This document shows positions 40,083-50,698 of a stretch of 64,000 nt of DNA, piece after piece. Source of the stretch: Alphaproteobacteria bacterium (GTDB lineage: Bacteria > Pseudomonadota > Alphaproteobacteria > SHVV01); assembly GCA_965261735.1 (NCBI GenBank), contig OZ253470.1, forward strand, positions 2,144,001 through 2,208,000, in the 5' to 3' direction. A program made the position numbers and the translations under genes. How positions within the stretch are numbered: the first letter of the stretch is position 1; each line of letters begins with the position of its first letter. The notes beneath the pieces were generated by a model that was given only the letters and a program-made list of their open reading frames with translations, did not search any database and was not told the origin of the DNA.

Positions 40083-42225
40083 TCATGAGCCCGGCTCGGG
40101 CAGGCTCGGATAGGGCTTCAATCCAGCGGCCTCGCGATCCCTGAAGGCCACGTTGCCGCTCGCCTGCACCAAGCCGCCCACGCTCGGACTGCCGATGATC
40201 CGGTTGTTGCGGTAGACGATGGTGCCGAGGGCCTGCTCCTGGAAGATTTGGCCCGTCTTATCCAGCGGCCCGTCGAAGATGATTGTGTTGCCCTCGACGA
40301 TTGCGCCGTTGATCTCATGCAAACCCTTTTCGCGTTCCATCGACAGACCGATCAACCCCGCGTTGCCGCTGAACGGGCCCTTTTCGAGGACGTTGTTGCG
40401 GATCAGGACTTCGCCGCCAACCGGAATGTCGATCGCTCGGCTGTCGCGCCCGCCCAGTCCCGCGATGACGTTGTTTTCTATGACCGTGCGCCGGGCTCGG
40501 CTCTTGATGCCGTGCCCCTCGCCCTTCGTTCGCAGCACCGTGTTGTTGCGAAAGATCAACGTGTCCAAGCGGCTGCCGGCGTAGATGCTGCCGTGCGCGA
40601 AGCCGTCTTTGCCGTTGCGCTCGAATCTCGAGTTCTCGACGATCACCGTACCGCCGAAGCCGCCGAGGATGCCCTGTTCGCTATCGTGGAAGTAGACGTT
40701 GCGGACCACGAGCCCCTCCGCCTCGAGCTTGATACAGGAGCCGTTTCTATCTTTTACGGCGATACCCGAGCACTCGATCCCCTCGACGACGGTATCGTTG
40801 CCCTTGAGCACCAGCGCGCCCTTGCCCTGTGCGGCTGTGCCCATCAAGTGGGCGCCCGCCTCGCCTCTAATGGTGAGCCGATCCCGTCGCACGACGGCGG
40901 CCTGGCGGTAAACGCCCGGCGCGAGCACGATGACGCTTCCAGGTTCGGCGTCGTCGACGGCGCGCTGTAGAGATGTGTATCCACAGCCGGCCCCCGGCTC
41001 ATCCGGCGGGCATACGCGCAGCACGGCACCCTCGCCGCTCTTGCCCATGATCGCCCCCACCGAGGGTGGGGCGGTGGCGATGCGATTCGAACCGGCAGCC
41101 AAGGGCTCGTCGGGCATGCGGTACACCCAGACCCCCGAATCGACGCTGTTGACGCCAACGAAGACGTCGTGCGCAACCAGGTACACCCATTTGCTGTAGA
41201 CGGCGGCGTCGCGCCGCGGCGGCTTGGGACCCGAGGCGGCGCGGTCAAACAACGCGAGCTCCCAGGTCTCGGGATCGAGCGTGTAGACCTCCGGCGAGCC
41301 CGTCCACAGGACGAACTGCTTGCGGCCGCCATGATAGACGAGCGCCCAGCGGTACATGTCCTCGTGCGGTAATTCGTCGAGCACCGACTCGAAGGATTCC
41401 TAGGTTTTCACCATCGAGCTTGACGGTTCGCACACCGGAGGCGTCGTCGATCGCGACCAGCAGCCGGCGGCCCGCATCGATGGCGGCAACCCCGTTGGTG
41501 ACGAGTCGGGTCCGTGGCGAGCGCCGCGTGTACTGCTTCGCCGTGACATCGAACTCCCAGGCGTGGTTCTTCGTCGCGACGATGACGGCGCCGGTCGCGG
41601 GGTCGACCGAGGTTACGGCGCCCCACCGGCCCGGGTGCGCCGCCGCGTAGGTCCACGTGCGCTCTTGCGGCTCGAACTCCCAGACGCCGGCGCGCCCGCC
41701 GCCCCAGCCGTCGTGGCAATAGACGGGCGAGTGCCACACGAACAGGCTTTGCGTGAGCCGAGACCACACGACACCGTCGTTCGTCGCGCTTGCCGGGGGG
41801 CGATCCTCGTCCACCAGCCCGGCGCAGGATTTGCCCGCCGCCGGATCGCGAAGCCCTGTCGGCTCGGTGAGGCGCTCCCACGTCAGGCTTGCTAGATCGA
41901 AGGCGTAGACTTCATTGCCGCCATAGATTTTGGTGCCGCCGCCGTGAACGTACAAGCGACGGTCGTCGAATGCCGCACCGCTGTCGTCGAGAACGGCCGC
42001 CGGCCCCCGCGTACCGTGCGCGCCCTCCGGGACGGCGTCCGGCTTAACCAGCACTTGACGCATCTGCGTGTCGGGTATCTCGAACCACTCGCCCGGCGAC
42101 ACCCGAGCCGCAATCTCGGCGAGCCCCGCGAGCTCATCCGCGCTCGCGTCGGCGCCCGGCCGGACGGCCGACGATAGCCCGAGCGCGAGCGCCACGGCGA
42201 CGGTACAGATGGACCGCTTGTTCAT
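40083..42225 (-). pseudogene. Secreted Kelch-like beta-propeller + right-handed beta-helix protein, split by a 1-bp insertion near 41398
   Basis: Signal peptide, HGGG..YGGNEVYAFDL, then GKGALV..IEGIECSG-like/GHGIKSRA beta-helix repeats. Removing one base joins ORFs 41245-42255 and 40083-41384. Confidence 0.65.
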
Positions 42226-42325
42226 GATCGAACTGGGATCAGTTTCGCGCGGCATTGAGGGCCATCAGCGGGGAGCGGACATGGAGCCAGCCTTGCCCGG
42301 TCCGCGCGCCTTCCAGGAACCGGCC

Positions 42326-43411
42326 CTAGATCGACGGGCCCTTGTCGCGCACCAGCGGGAGGGTCGAGCAGATCGGGCCGCGGCCGGCGATGCGGCCGCC
42401 CTCGAAGCCCATCTCGAAAACCTCGATGCCGCGCTTCTCGATCTGCTCGCGCGTCTTCGGGTTGCCTGCGGTCACGATCACCTTGCCGGGTTCGGTCGCG
42501 AGCAGGTTGCAGGCATAGTTCTGGCACTCGTCGAGCGGGACCTCGATCAAGTCGAGGTCCTTCTTCTTGAGGTAGCGCAACGTGTCGTAGCCGAGCCCGG
42601 CCGGGTAGACCACACCGAGCCCCTCGGCGACCATGCTGAAGACCATGTCGAGGTGGTAGAAGCCGCCGGCGCCCCCCGCGCGCTGGCTCCAGTTGTTCAA
42701 ATAGCCGGGCAGGTGGGCGACGTGGATTTCCTCGACCCCAGCCATGCGCAGGATCGGCTCGACCTCCGCGATCCCCTCCATGCTGGTGCGCAGCCCGCAG
42801 CCGATCATGACGTGCGTCTCGTCGAGCCAGACGACGTTGCCGGCCTCGAAGACCGAGCCCGGGCCATGGACCATGTAGAGAATCGGGCAGCCGATCTCCA
42901 TCAGCCGCTGCGCGTGCACCTTCTCGAGCCCACGCTTGGACGCTATGCCGGGGCGGCCGACGAGCGCGCCGCCGTTGAGGATGACGGGCTCGCGTGGGCC
43001 ATCAAGCGCGATCAGCTCGGTGTAAGTGCCGCGCACCGATTCGGGCGCGTTGAGCGAGACGACCTCGATCCCCTCGCGCTCCAGGATCGCCACAAGCGAC
43101 TCGTAGTTGCGGATCATCGCGCCGAGGTCGGGCAGCCCCGCCGGCCAGCCGAAGAAGGCGGGGTCCTCCGCGACGACGGGTGCCTGAATGGCACCCGAGG
43201 TGGGCTTTTGGACCATGACGGCGCGCAGGCGCCCGAGCTCGCTTTGCGCACCCCAGCGCCGCCCCCAGGTCGCCTCGAGCTCGTCCATGTAGTCGATGTC
43301 GAACAGGGGCTGCGGCGGCTTGCCCTTCTCGTAGAGCGGAATGCGGGCGAGCTCGTCCGCGGGCGAGAGGCGCGCTTCCCGGGCGACGGGCTCGATGGCT
43401 TCAACACTCAT
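42326..43411 (-). CDS. Amidinotransferase/DDAH/ADI-superfamily (pentein) protein, paralog P1
   Basis: SELGRLRAVMV, FYHLDM, GRGPICSTLPLVRD. Confidence 0.88.
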   Translation of the reverse strand: MSVEAIEPVAREARLSPADELARIPLYEKGKPPQPLFDIDYMDELEATWGRRWGAQSELGRLRAVMVQKPTSGAIQAPVVAEDPAFFGWPAGLPDLGAMIRNYESLVAILEREGIEVVSLNAPESVRGTYTELIALDGPREPVILNGGALVGRPGIASKRGLEKVHAQRLMEIGCPILYMVHGPGSVFEAGNVVWLDETHVMIGCGLRTSMEGIAEVEPILRMAGVEEIHVAHLPGYLNNWSQRAGGAGGFYHLDMVFSMVAEGLGVVYPAGLGYDTLRYLKKKDLDLIEVPLDECQNYACNLLATEPGKVIVTAGNPKTREQIEKRGIEVFEMGFEGGRIAGRGPICSTLPLVRDKGPSI

Positions 43412-43437
43412 GGTCGTACTCCTTCGACTCGCGGCGC

Positions 43438-44535
43438 TCAGAGGGTCGGTCCGCTGTCGCGGATCAGCGGCAGGATCGAGCAATCCGGCCCGCGGCCGCT
43501 CACCTCGCCGCCCTCGAAGCTCATCTCGATCACCTCGATGCCGCGCTTCTCCAGCTGCTCGCGGGTGCGGTGGTTGCCGGGCGTCGCGATGATGCGGCCG
43601 GGGCGAATCGGGGTGACGTTGCAGGCGTAGTTCTGCGCCTCCTCGATCGGCACCTCGATGAGGTCGACGTTCATCTTCTTGAGGTAACGGATGGTGTCGT
43701 AGCCCACGCCCGCCGGGTAGATGACCGCGACTCCCTCATCGACCATGTTGAACACCATGTCGAGGTGGTAGAAGCCGCCCGGGCCGCCGGCGCGCTCGGT
43801 CTGGAAGTTGAGGTAGCCCGGCAGATGCGCGACGTGGAACTCCTCGATGCCGACCGAGCGCAGGACGGGGATGACCTCCTCGATGCCTTCCAAGCTGGTG
43901 CGCACGCTGCAGCCCAGGATGACGTGCGTCTCGTCGAGGAAGATCAGGTTGCCGCCGCCCTCGAAGGCCGAACCCTTGCCGTGCACCGTGTAGAGGATGG
44001 GGCAGCCGATCTCCATCAGGCGCTGCGCGATAATCTTGTTGATGTCGCGCTTGGACGCGATGGCGGTGCGGCCGATGAGCGCGCCGCCATTGAGGATGAT
44101 CGCCTCGTGCGGCGCATCGTGGCCGATGAGCTCGCTCGTATAGACGCCGGGGAGCGATTCGGGCGCGTTGAGGTAGAAGACCTCGACCCCTTCGTCGGCG
44201 AAGATCTTGACCAGCGACTCGTGGTTCTTGCGCATCGAGTCGATGTTGGGCAGGCCCTTGGGCCAGCCGAAATAGATCGGGTCCTCCCTGACGATCGGCG
44301 AGTCGACCTGGCCCCACGTCGGCGGCTGCAGCATAACAGCGCGGAGCTGGCCGATCTGGGTCTGGGCGCCCCACTTGCGGCCCCACGTCGCCTCGAGCTC
44401 GTCGAGGTAGTCGATGTCGAACAGCGGCTGCGGCGGTTTACCCTTCTCATAGTGCGGAATGCGGGCGAGCTCGTCCGCGGGCGACAGCCGGGCGGTGCCC
44501 GACGCCTTGGTTCTCGGCTTCTCGTCGATCGTCAT
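43438..44535 (-). CDS. Pentein-superfamily protein, paralog P2
   Basis: FEGGGN, FYHLDM, GRGPDCSILPLIRD. Confidence 0.88.
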   Translation of the reverse strand: MTIDEKPRTKASGTARLSPADELARIPHYEKGKPPQPLFDIDYLDELEATWGRKWGAQTQIGQLRAVMLQPPTWGQVDSPIVREDPIYFGWPKGLPNIDSMRKNHESLVKIFADEGVEVFYLNAPESLPGVYTSELIGHDAPHEAIILNGGALIGRTAIASKRDINKIIAQRLMEIGCPILYTVHGKGSAFEGGGNLIFLDETHVILGCSVRTSLEGIEEVIPVLRSVGIEEFHVAHLPGYLNFQTERAGGPGGFYHLDMVFNMVDEGVAVIYPAGVGYDTIRYLKKMNVDLIEVPIEEAQNYACNVTPIRPGRIIATPGNHRTREQLEKRGIEVIEMSFEGGEVSGRGPDCSILPLIRDSGPTL

Positions 44536-44571
44536 GGGGTTCTCCGCCGTGATGGGGTGGGACGCGAGCGA

Positions 44572-44598
44572 TTAGATAGAAGGTCCGCGGTCGCGCAC
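44572..44598 (-). pseudogene. Orphan 3' end (VRDRGPSI*) of a probable seventh pentein paralog
   Basis: GTG CGC GAC CGC GGA CCT TCT ATC TAA, 2 bp after the stop of P3; three synonymous differences from P3's own end. Confidence 0.7.
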
Positions 44599-44600
44599 GC

Positions 44601-45689
44601 TTAAATCGAAGGTCCGCGGTCGCGGACCAGGGGTAGCGTCTTGCACACGGGCCCGCGGCCGCTCACGCGCCCGCCCTCGAACGCGACCTCGTGGACGTTA
44701 AGGCCGCGCTTCTCCAGTGCCGCGCGCGTGAGCGGATTGCCCTCGGTGAGGACGACCTCGCCGGGCTCGATCACCAAGAGATTGCAGGCGTAGTTCTGCA
44801 CCTCCTCGAGCGGCACCTCGATGAGGTCGAGGTCCTTCTTCTTGAGGTAACGGATGGTGTCGTAGCCGACTCCGGCGGGGTAGATGACGGCTAGTCCCTC
44901 GCCCGCCATGCCGAACACCATGTCGAGGTGGTAGAAGCCGCCGGGCCCGCCGGCACGCTCGGACTGCACATTGAGGTAGCCCGGCATGTGGGCGATGTGG
45001 ATCTCCTCGACGCCCGCCATGCGCAGCACGGGCTCGACCTCGCGGATGCCCTCCATGCCGGTGCGCACGCCGCAGCCGATCATGGCGTGGCGCTCGTCGA
45101 GCCACACGAGGTTGCCGGGTTCGAACAGCGAGCCCCTCACCATGTGGAGGATGGGGCAGCCGATCTCCATCAGGCGCTGGGCGATAAGCCTCTCGAGCCC
45201 GCGCTTGGACGCCGTCGCCGGCCGGCCGACGAGGGCGCCGCCGTTCAGCACCGTCGCCTCGCGGGTGCCGTCGATGCCGGTGAGCTCGGTATAGGCGCCC
45301 TTGATCGTCTCCGGCGAGTTCAGGTAGACGAGCTCGACGCCCGCGCCCTCGAGAATCGCCATCAGCGACTCGTGGTTGCGCATCATCGCGTCGAGATTGG
45401 CGAGCCCCTTGGGGAAGATGAAGAAGCCGGGGTCTTCCTTGATCACCGGCGAGGCGACCTGGCCCCAGGTCGGCGGCTGGACGAGAACGCTGCGCAGCTT
45501 GCCAAGCTCGGTCTGGGCGCCCCAGCGACGGCCCCATGTCGCCTCGAGCTCATCCATATAGTCGATGTCGAAGAGCGGCTGCGGCGGTTTGCCCTTTTCA
45601 TAAAGCGGGATGCGGGCGAGCTCGTCGGCGGGCGACAGCCGGGCTTTACCCGATTGCTTCGCCTTGGGCTCCTTCTCGTCGATGGTCAT
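44601..45689 (-). CDS. Pentein-superfamily protein, paralog P3
   Basis: FEPGN, FYHLDM, GRGPVCKTLPLVRD. Confidence 0.88.
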   Translation of the reverse strand: MTIDEKEPKAKQSGKARLSPADELARIPLYEKGKPPQPLFDIDYMDELEATWGRRWGAQTELGKLRSVLVQPPTWGQVASPVIKEDPGFFIFPKGLANLDAMMRNHESLMAILEGAGVELVYLNSPETIKGAYTELTGIDGTREATVLNGGALVGRPATASKRGLERLIAQRLMEIGCPILHMVRGSLFEPGNLVWLDERHAMIGCGVRTGMEGIREVEPVLRMAGVEEIHIAHMPGYLNVQSERAGGPGGFYHLDMVFGMAGEGLAVIYPAGVGYDTIRYLKKKDLDLIEVPLEEVQNYACNLLVIEPGEVVLTEGNPLTRAALEKRGLNVHEVAFEGGRVSGRGPVCKTLPLVRDRGPSI

Positions 45690-45702
45690 GGTGCCCTCCG
45701 GT

Positions 45703-46791
45703 TCAGATCGACGGCCCCCTGTCGCGGACCAAGGGGAGCGTCGAGCAGGCGGGCCCGCGGCCGCTCACGTTGCCGCCCTCGAAGGCCATCTCCAGCACCT
45801 CGATGCCGCGCTTCTCGAGCCTCTCCCGGGTGCGCGGGCAACCCGCCGTCATGATGATGCGCCCGGGCCGAATGGCGCACACGTTGCACGCATAATTCTG
45901 CACCTCCTCGAGCGGCACCTCGATGAGCTCGATGTTCTTCTTCTGCAGGTAGCGGATCGTCTCGTAGCCGACGCCGGCCGGGTAGATCAGCGCCAGGCCC
46001 TCGGCCACCATGTTGAACACCATGTCGAGGTGATAGAAGCCGCCGGGACCGCCGGCGCGCTCGGTCTGGAAGTTCAAATAGCCGGGTAGCTGGGCGACGT
46101 GGAACTCCTCGACGCCGACCGAGCGGTAAATCGGAATGACCTCGTCGATGCCCTCCTGGCTCACGCGCACGCTGGTCGCCAGCATGACGTGCGTCTCGTC
46201 GAGCCACACCAGGTTGCCGCCGCTCTCGATGCCGGAGCCCTTGCCGTGCACGGTGTAGAGAATGGGGCAGCCGATTTCCATCAGCCGTTGGGCGAACAGC
46301 TTGTTGATGTCGCGCTTCGACGCAATGGCGGTGCGGCCGATAAGGGCGCCGCCGTCGAGGATGATGACCTCGCGCGGGGCGTCGTAGCCGATCAGCTCGG
46401 TATAGACGCCGCGCATCGAGTCGGGGGCGTTGGCGTCCACCACCTCGACACCCTCGTCCTCGAGGATCTTGACCAGCGACGCGTGATTGCGGTGCATGGC
46501 GTCGAGGTCGGGCAGGCCCTTGGGCAGGCTGAAGAAGACCGGGTCCTCCTTGACCACCGGCGAGGCCACCTGGCCCCAGGTGGTGCGCTGCACCATGACG
46601 CTACGCAATTGCCCGAGCTCGGTCTGCGCCCCCCAGCGCCGCCCCCAGGTCGCCTCGAGCTCGTCCATGTAGTCGATGTCGAACAGCGGCTGCGGCGGCT
46701 TGCCCTTCTCGTAGAGTGGGATGCGCGCGAGCTCTTCCGCGGGCGAGGGGCGCGCGCCCTCCTTCTCCCGCTTCTCACCCTTGGCCGTCAT
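45703..46791 (-). CDS. Pentein-superfamily protein, paralog P4
   Basis: IESGGN, FYHLDM, GRGPACSTLPLVRD. Confidence 0.88.
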   Translation of the reverse strand: MTAKGEKREKEGARPSPAEELARIPLYEKGKPPQPLFDIDYMDELEATWGRRWGAQTELGQLRSVMVQRTTWGQVASPVVKEDPVFFSLPKGLPDLDAMHRNHASLVKILEDEGVEVVDANAPDSMRGVYTELIGYDAPREVIILDGGALIGRTAIASKRDINKLFAQRLMEIGCPILYTVHGKGSGIESGGNLVWLDETHVMLATSVRVSQEGIDEVIPIYRSVGVEEFHVAQLPGYLNFQTERAGGPGGFYHLDMVFNMVAEGLALIYPAGVGYETIRYLQKKNIELIEVPLEEVQNYACNVCAIRPGRIIMTAGCPRTRERLEKRGIEVLEMAFEGGNVSGRGPACSTLPLVRDRGPSI

Positions 46792-46822
46792 AATCGGCCT
46801 CCCTTCGATGGCCCCGCATCCG

Positions 46823-47953
46823 TCAGATGGAGGGCCCCTTGTCGCGTATCAGGGGGAGCGTGGAGCAGGCCGGCCCGCGGCCACTCACCTTACCGCCCTC
46901 GAAGCTCATCTCCACCGTCTCGATGCCGCGCTTCTCCAACTGCTCGCGCGTGCGAGGATTGCCCGCCGTCACGATCAAGCGGCCCGGCCGCAGGGCGAGC
47001 ACGTTGCAGGCGTAGTTCTGCATCTCCTCGTAGGGCACCTCGATGAGGTCGAGGCCCTTCTTCTTGAGGTAGCGGACGGTGTCGTAGCCGACGCCCGCGG
47101 GATAGATCAGCGCCACCCCCTCGGCCGCCATGTTGAACACCATGTCGAGGTGGTAGAACCCACCAGGCCCGCCGGCGCGCTCGGTCCAATGGTTGAGGTA
47201 GCCCGGCAGGTGGGCGACGTGAATCTCCTCGACCCCGACCGAGTTCAGGATCGGGCTGATCTCCTCGATTCCTTCCATGCTGGTGCGAATGCTGGCGCCC
47301 AGCATGACGTGGGTTTCGTCGAGCCAGATCAGGTTGCCGCCGCCCTCGAAGGCGGAGCCCTTGCCGTGCATCGTGTACAGGATGGGGCAGCCGATCTCCA
47401 TCAGGCGCTGGGCCAGGATGCGCTCGATGCCACGCTTGGCGGCGACGGCGGGCCGGCCGATGAGCGCCCCACCGTTGGCGACCACGACTTCGCGCGGTCC
47501 GTCGTAGCCGTAAAGCACGGTGTAGGCGCCGCGCGCGAATTCCGGCGCGTTGAGGTAGATGACCTCGACCCCCTCCGCCTTCATCAGGTTGACGAGCGAT
47601 TCGTGGTTGCGCAGCATCGCGGCCATGTCGGGCAGGCCCTTGGGCCAGCCGAAGTAGATCGGGTCTTCAAGCACCACCGGGGACTCGACCGGGCCGCGCG
47701 TGATGGGCTGAACCATGACGCTGCGCAGGCGCCCGAGCTCGGTCTGGGCGCCCCACTTGCGCCCCCAGGTCGCCTCGAGCTCGTCCATATAGTCGATGTC
47801 GAACAGGGGCTGCGGCGGCTTGCCCTTCTCGTAGAGCGGGATGCGCGCGAGCTCCTCGGCCGGCGAGAGGCGTTTGGCCGTGGACTTGGATTTGGGTTCG
47901 GATTTGGGCTTGGACTTCGACCTGGCGGCTTGGCTTACGTCTTCGATAGCCAT
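46823..47953 (-). CDS. Pentein-superfamily protein, paralog P5
   Basis: FEGGGN, FYHLDM, GRGPACSTLPLIRD; KS-rich N-terminal extension. Confidence 0.88.
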   Translation of the reverse strand: MAIEDVSQAARSKSKPKSEPKSKSTAKRLSPAEELARIPLYEKGKPPQPLFDIDYMDELEATWGRKWGAQTELGRLRSVMVQPITRGPVESPVVLEDPIYFGWPKGLPDMAAMLRNHESLVNLMKAEGVEVIYLNAPEFARGAYTVLYGYDGPREVVVANGGALIGRPAVAAKRGIERILAQRLMEIGCPILYTMHGKGSAFEGGGNLIWLDETHVMLGASIRTSMEGIEEISPILNSVGVEEIHVAHLPGYLNHWTERAGGPGGFYHLDMVFNMAAEGVALIYPAGVGYDTVRYLKKKGLDLIEVPYEEMQNYACNVLALRPGRLIVTAGNPRTREQLEKRGIETVEMSFEGGKVSGRGPACSTLPLIRDKGPSI

Positions 47954-48083
47954 CGCACTTCTCCCTCACTGCGGCCGGCGCGGTGCCACGGGGGCCCGTC
48001 GCCGATCCCGCGCATCGTCTTGGTCTACAGCGTCGGGGGTGAGGCCCGCGCCTCCTTCGGCGCCACCTCACCCCCCAGGACAG

Positions 48084-49097
48084 CTACATCATACCGAGGT
48101 CTTTGATGACTTCGTCGACGAGCGAGCGATCGACGATCTCCTCATACGTGATCGGCCGCGAGATCGCGCCGAGGCTGTGGTAGGTCTTGGACGAGAACTC
48201 CGTCACCTCGCGCCCGAGCCCACCATTGGTGCCCCAGACCCCCTGATCGTTGAGGGAGGGGATGATCTGTTTGATCAGAGCCATGTCGACGGTGGGTGTC
48301 CGATTCTTCATGATTTCCGCGGCTTTGTCGGGGTCCTTCTGGATCAGCCGCACGCCCTCGATTCCGCCTCTGACGAAGATCTTGAGAGACTTGCGAAGGG
48401 CGGGATCGGCGACACTCTTCTTGGTCGCGACCGAGTAGAGGTACCCGAGGCCGGGGAACTCCTTGGCGATCGAGGCGACCTCGATCAAACCCTGCTGCAT
48501 GCCGATGGCCGTGAAGAAGGTGTCGACCATCGTCACCTCGACCTTCTTCGCCACCACCGCCTGCATGCGCGAGCTCATGCCACCGACGGACAGGAACGTG
48601 GCGTCCCTCGGATCGAGCCCGTACTTACGCATGACCATCTTGGGGATTTCGGCCGACATGCCGCCGGTGCTGAACGAGGCCCATTTCTTGTCGCCCAGGT
48701 CCTTGATCGAGCTGCCGACCTCGGGCCGGGTGATGACGTGGTAATCGGTGACCGGCTGCCATGACGAGATAACCGTGACCGGCGCGCCCTTGATAATTCC
48801 GTTCATCACTGTGTTGGGGCCGAGGACCGTGACATCGGCGTCGCCCGCAATCAGGACGCGCAGGGAGTTGGCGTCACCGGTGACGACCTTCTCCTCGACC
48901 TCCAAACCCCACTCCTTGTACCAGCCGAGGTCCTGGGCAACGAAGAACGGAAGCAGGTACGTCGCCGGGCCCGTCGGCATGACAAAGCGGAGCTTGTCGG
49001 CGGCGGCCGCTGGTCCGGCGCCGGCCACCACCATCATCACGGCGGCGAGGGCGAGGCCCGCCACGAGTCGAGTCGCAAAGCTTCTCAGACGTGTCAT
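48084..49097 (-). CDS. NitT/TauT (SsuA/THI5-like) ABC substrate-binding protein
   Basis: Signal peptide; LPFFVAQDLGWYKEWGLEVE; SIKDL..KK; DPDKAAEI. Confidence 0.85.
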   Translation of the reverse strand: MTRLRSFATRLVAGLALAAVMMVVAGAGPAAAADKLRFVMPTGPATYLLPFFVAQDLGWYKEWGLEVEEKVVTGDANSLRVLIAGDADVTVLGPNTVMNGIIKGAPVTVISSWQPVTDYHVITRPEVGSSIKDLGDKKWASFSTGGMSAEIPKMVMRKYGLDPRDATFLSVGGMSSRMQAVVAKKVEVTMVDTFFTAIGMQQGLIEVASIAKEFPGLGYLYSVATKKSVADPALRKSLKIFVRGGIEGVRLIQKDPDKAAEIMKNRTPTVDMALIKQIIPSLNDQGVWGTNGGLGREVTEFSSKTYHSLGAISRPITYEEIVDRSLVDEVIKDLGMM

Positions 49098-49269
49098 TAA
49101 GAGTCCTCCCGTTAGGCTCGTTCGGCCGGCGGCCGATGCGCCATTTCTAATTGTGCGTCGCCGCGTTCTCGTGGCGGCGCCAAAACCGTCATCTCGGACA
49201 CAGTGAGCGGATGATCAGTTGGTCAACCTTACCCGCATTGCAACCCGGCGTCACCCCGCCGCGCTGGCC

Positions 49270-50517
49270 TCAGGAGAGAAACGCCTCCTCGAAGGGAAAC
49301 TTGGTCAGGATCTCGACGCCCCCCTCGGTGACCAGGACCTGTTCCTCGAGCTTGACGCCCTCGCGCCCGCCCTCGGCGCCGATATAGCTCTCGATGCACA
49401 GGACCATGTTCTCCTCGATAAGCCCGTCGTACCCGGACGCGTCCCAGTCCTGCAGGTGATAGATCGCGGGATACTCGTCGCACATGCCGACCCCGTGGGC
49501 GACGACCGAATAGCGGTTGGCCTCATATCCCTTCGGGTAGGTCCACGCCTTGTCCGCGACCTCGCGAAAGCTCGTGCCGGGCTTGATCAGCGCCAGGTTG
49601 TGGGCGAGCTCGTCCAAAGCCAGCTTGTAGAGGTCGCGCTGTGCCGTGCTCGGCTTGCCGGGGCCGCAGTAGAAGGTGCGCGAGACGTCGGCGCAGTAGC
49701 CGAACGGCCCGATCATGTCGGTATCGAACGCGACGAGCTCACCGGCGCGTATGACCCGGTCGCTGCATTCCTGCTGCCACGGGTTGGTGCGGTCGCCGGA
49801 CGCGAACAGGCGGCCGTCGATCCAGTCGCCGCCCATGGCGATGTTGGTCTGATGCAGGAGCGCCCATAGCTCGTTCTCGGTCACGCCCGGCCTCAGGGCC
49901 TCGCGCATGCGGGCGATGCCCACTTCGGCGGCTGCGATGGAGAAGTTCATGCACAGGATTTCCTCCGCCGACTTGATGGCGCGCGCATGCTCGAGCGGCT
50001 CCTGGGCGTCGACCATCTCGAGGCCGCGCTCGGCGAGCAGGGCTGGCGTCCTGAGGTCGTGGCGGTCGACGGCGAGGCGCCGGTTGCCGCCGCAGTGGCT
50101 CGCCACCAGCTCGGCGACCGTATCGGCCCAACGGCCGAGCAGCTCTTCGACCCGTGGTCCGGCGAAAAAGAAGTTGAGCGGCAGCGAGGGGCGGAACTCG
50201 GCGATGGTTTCGTTCTGCTTGGACGCCTGCCGCTCGGGATGCGAATCGAAGACGAAGACCGGTCCCTCGGCCGGAACGAACGCGTAGCGGCCGAGCATGT
50301 GGAGCTGGAACACGGGGTGATTGCGGGCGCCCGTCGCATAGCGGACGTTGACCGGATCGAACAGGACACAGGCGCCGTAGTCGCGCGCTATAAGCTGCTC
50401 GCGCACGCGCGCCAGCCGGTGGGCGCGCAGCGCCACCATGTCGATCCCGGCCTCGATATCGGATGCGCGATTGATCGGAGTCGTCGCCGCGGCGCGGAGG
50501 ATGTCGGCTTCGGGCAT
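49270..50517 (-). CDS. M24 family metallopeptidase-fold enzyme, DddP-like subfamily
   Basis: LFDPVNVRYATG, RLFASGDRTNPWQQEC, FDTDMIG..ADVSR, HGVGMCDEYP, CIESYIG, GVKLEEQV. Confidence 0.8.
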   Translation of the reverse strand: MPEADILRAAATTPINRASDIEAGIDMVALRAHRLARVREQLIARDYGACVLFDPVNVRYATGARNHPVFQLHMLGRYAFVPAEGPVFVFDSHPERQASKQNETIAEFRPSLPLNFFFAGPRVEELLGRWADTVAELVASHCGGNRRLAVDRHDLRTPALLAERGLEMVDAQEPLEHARAIKSAEEILCMNFSIAAAEVGIARMREALRPGVTENELWALLHQTNIAMGGDWIDGRLFASGDRTNPWQQECSDRVIRAGELVAFDTDMIGPFGYCADVSRTFYCGPGKPSTAQRDLYKLALDELAHNLALIKPGTSFREVADKAWTYPKGYEANRYSVVAHGVGMCDEYPAIYHLQDWDASGYDGLIEENMVLCIESYIGAEGGREGVKLEEQVLVTEGGVEILTKFPFEEAFLS

Positions 50518-50698
50518 GGCGTGCCTCCCTGGCGTGCGTTGCCGTTGTCGGATGCGGGGGTCGCTTCCGAGGTGTCTCGCCTTATCGCACATTTCCCGGC
50601 GCGCGGCGTGCACCGGAGCGCGGACCGCAGGAATCGCCTTTTTCGCGGCCCCGTACCGACATAGGATGAGGAAAAGGTAGTGGAGGAAGGACAAACCC

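Noticed and set aside
37940-41400. Programmed frameshifting in the DUF1800 and propeller/beta-helix genes
   Set aside because: No clear slippery heptamer; single-base indels are better explained by decay or sequencing error.
47878-47920. KS/KP-rich microrepeat at the P5 N-terminus as a functional repeat
   Set aside because: Short low-complexity leader in a region that varies among all paralogs.
42326-47953. Tandem array as an assembly artefact, CRISPR or DGR-like repeat
   Set aside because: Copies differ throughout at amino-acid and synonymous sites; there is no repeat-spacer structure, reverse transcriptase or cas gene in the window.
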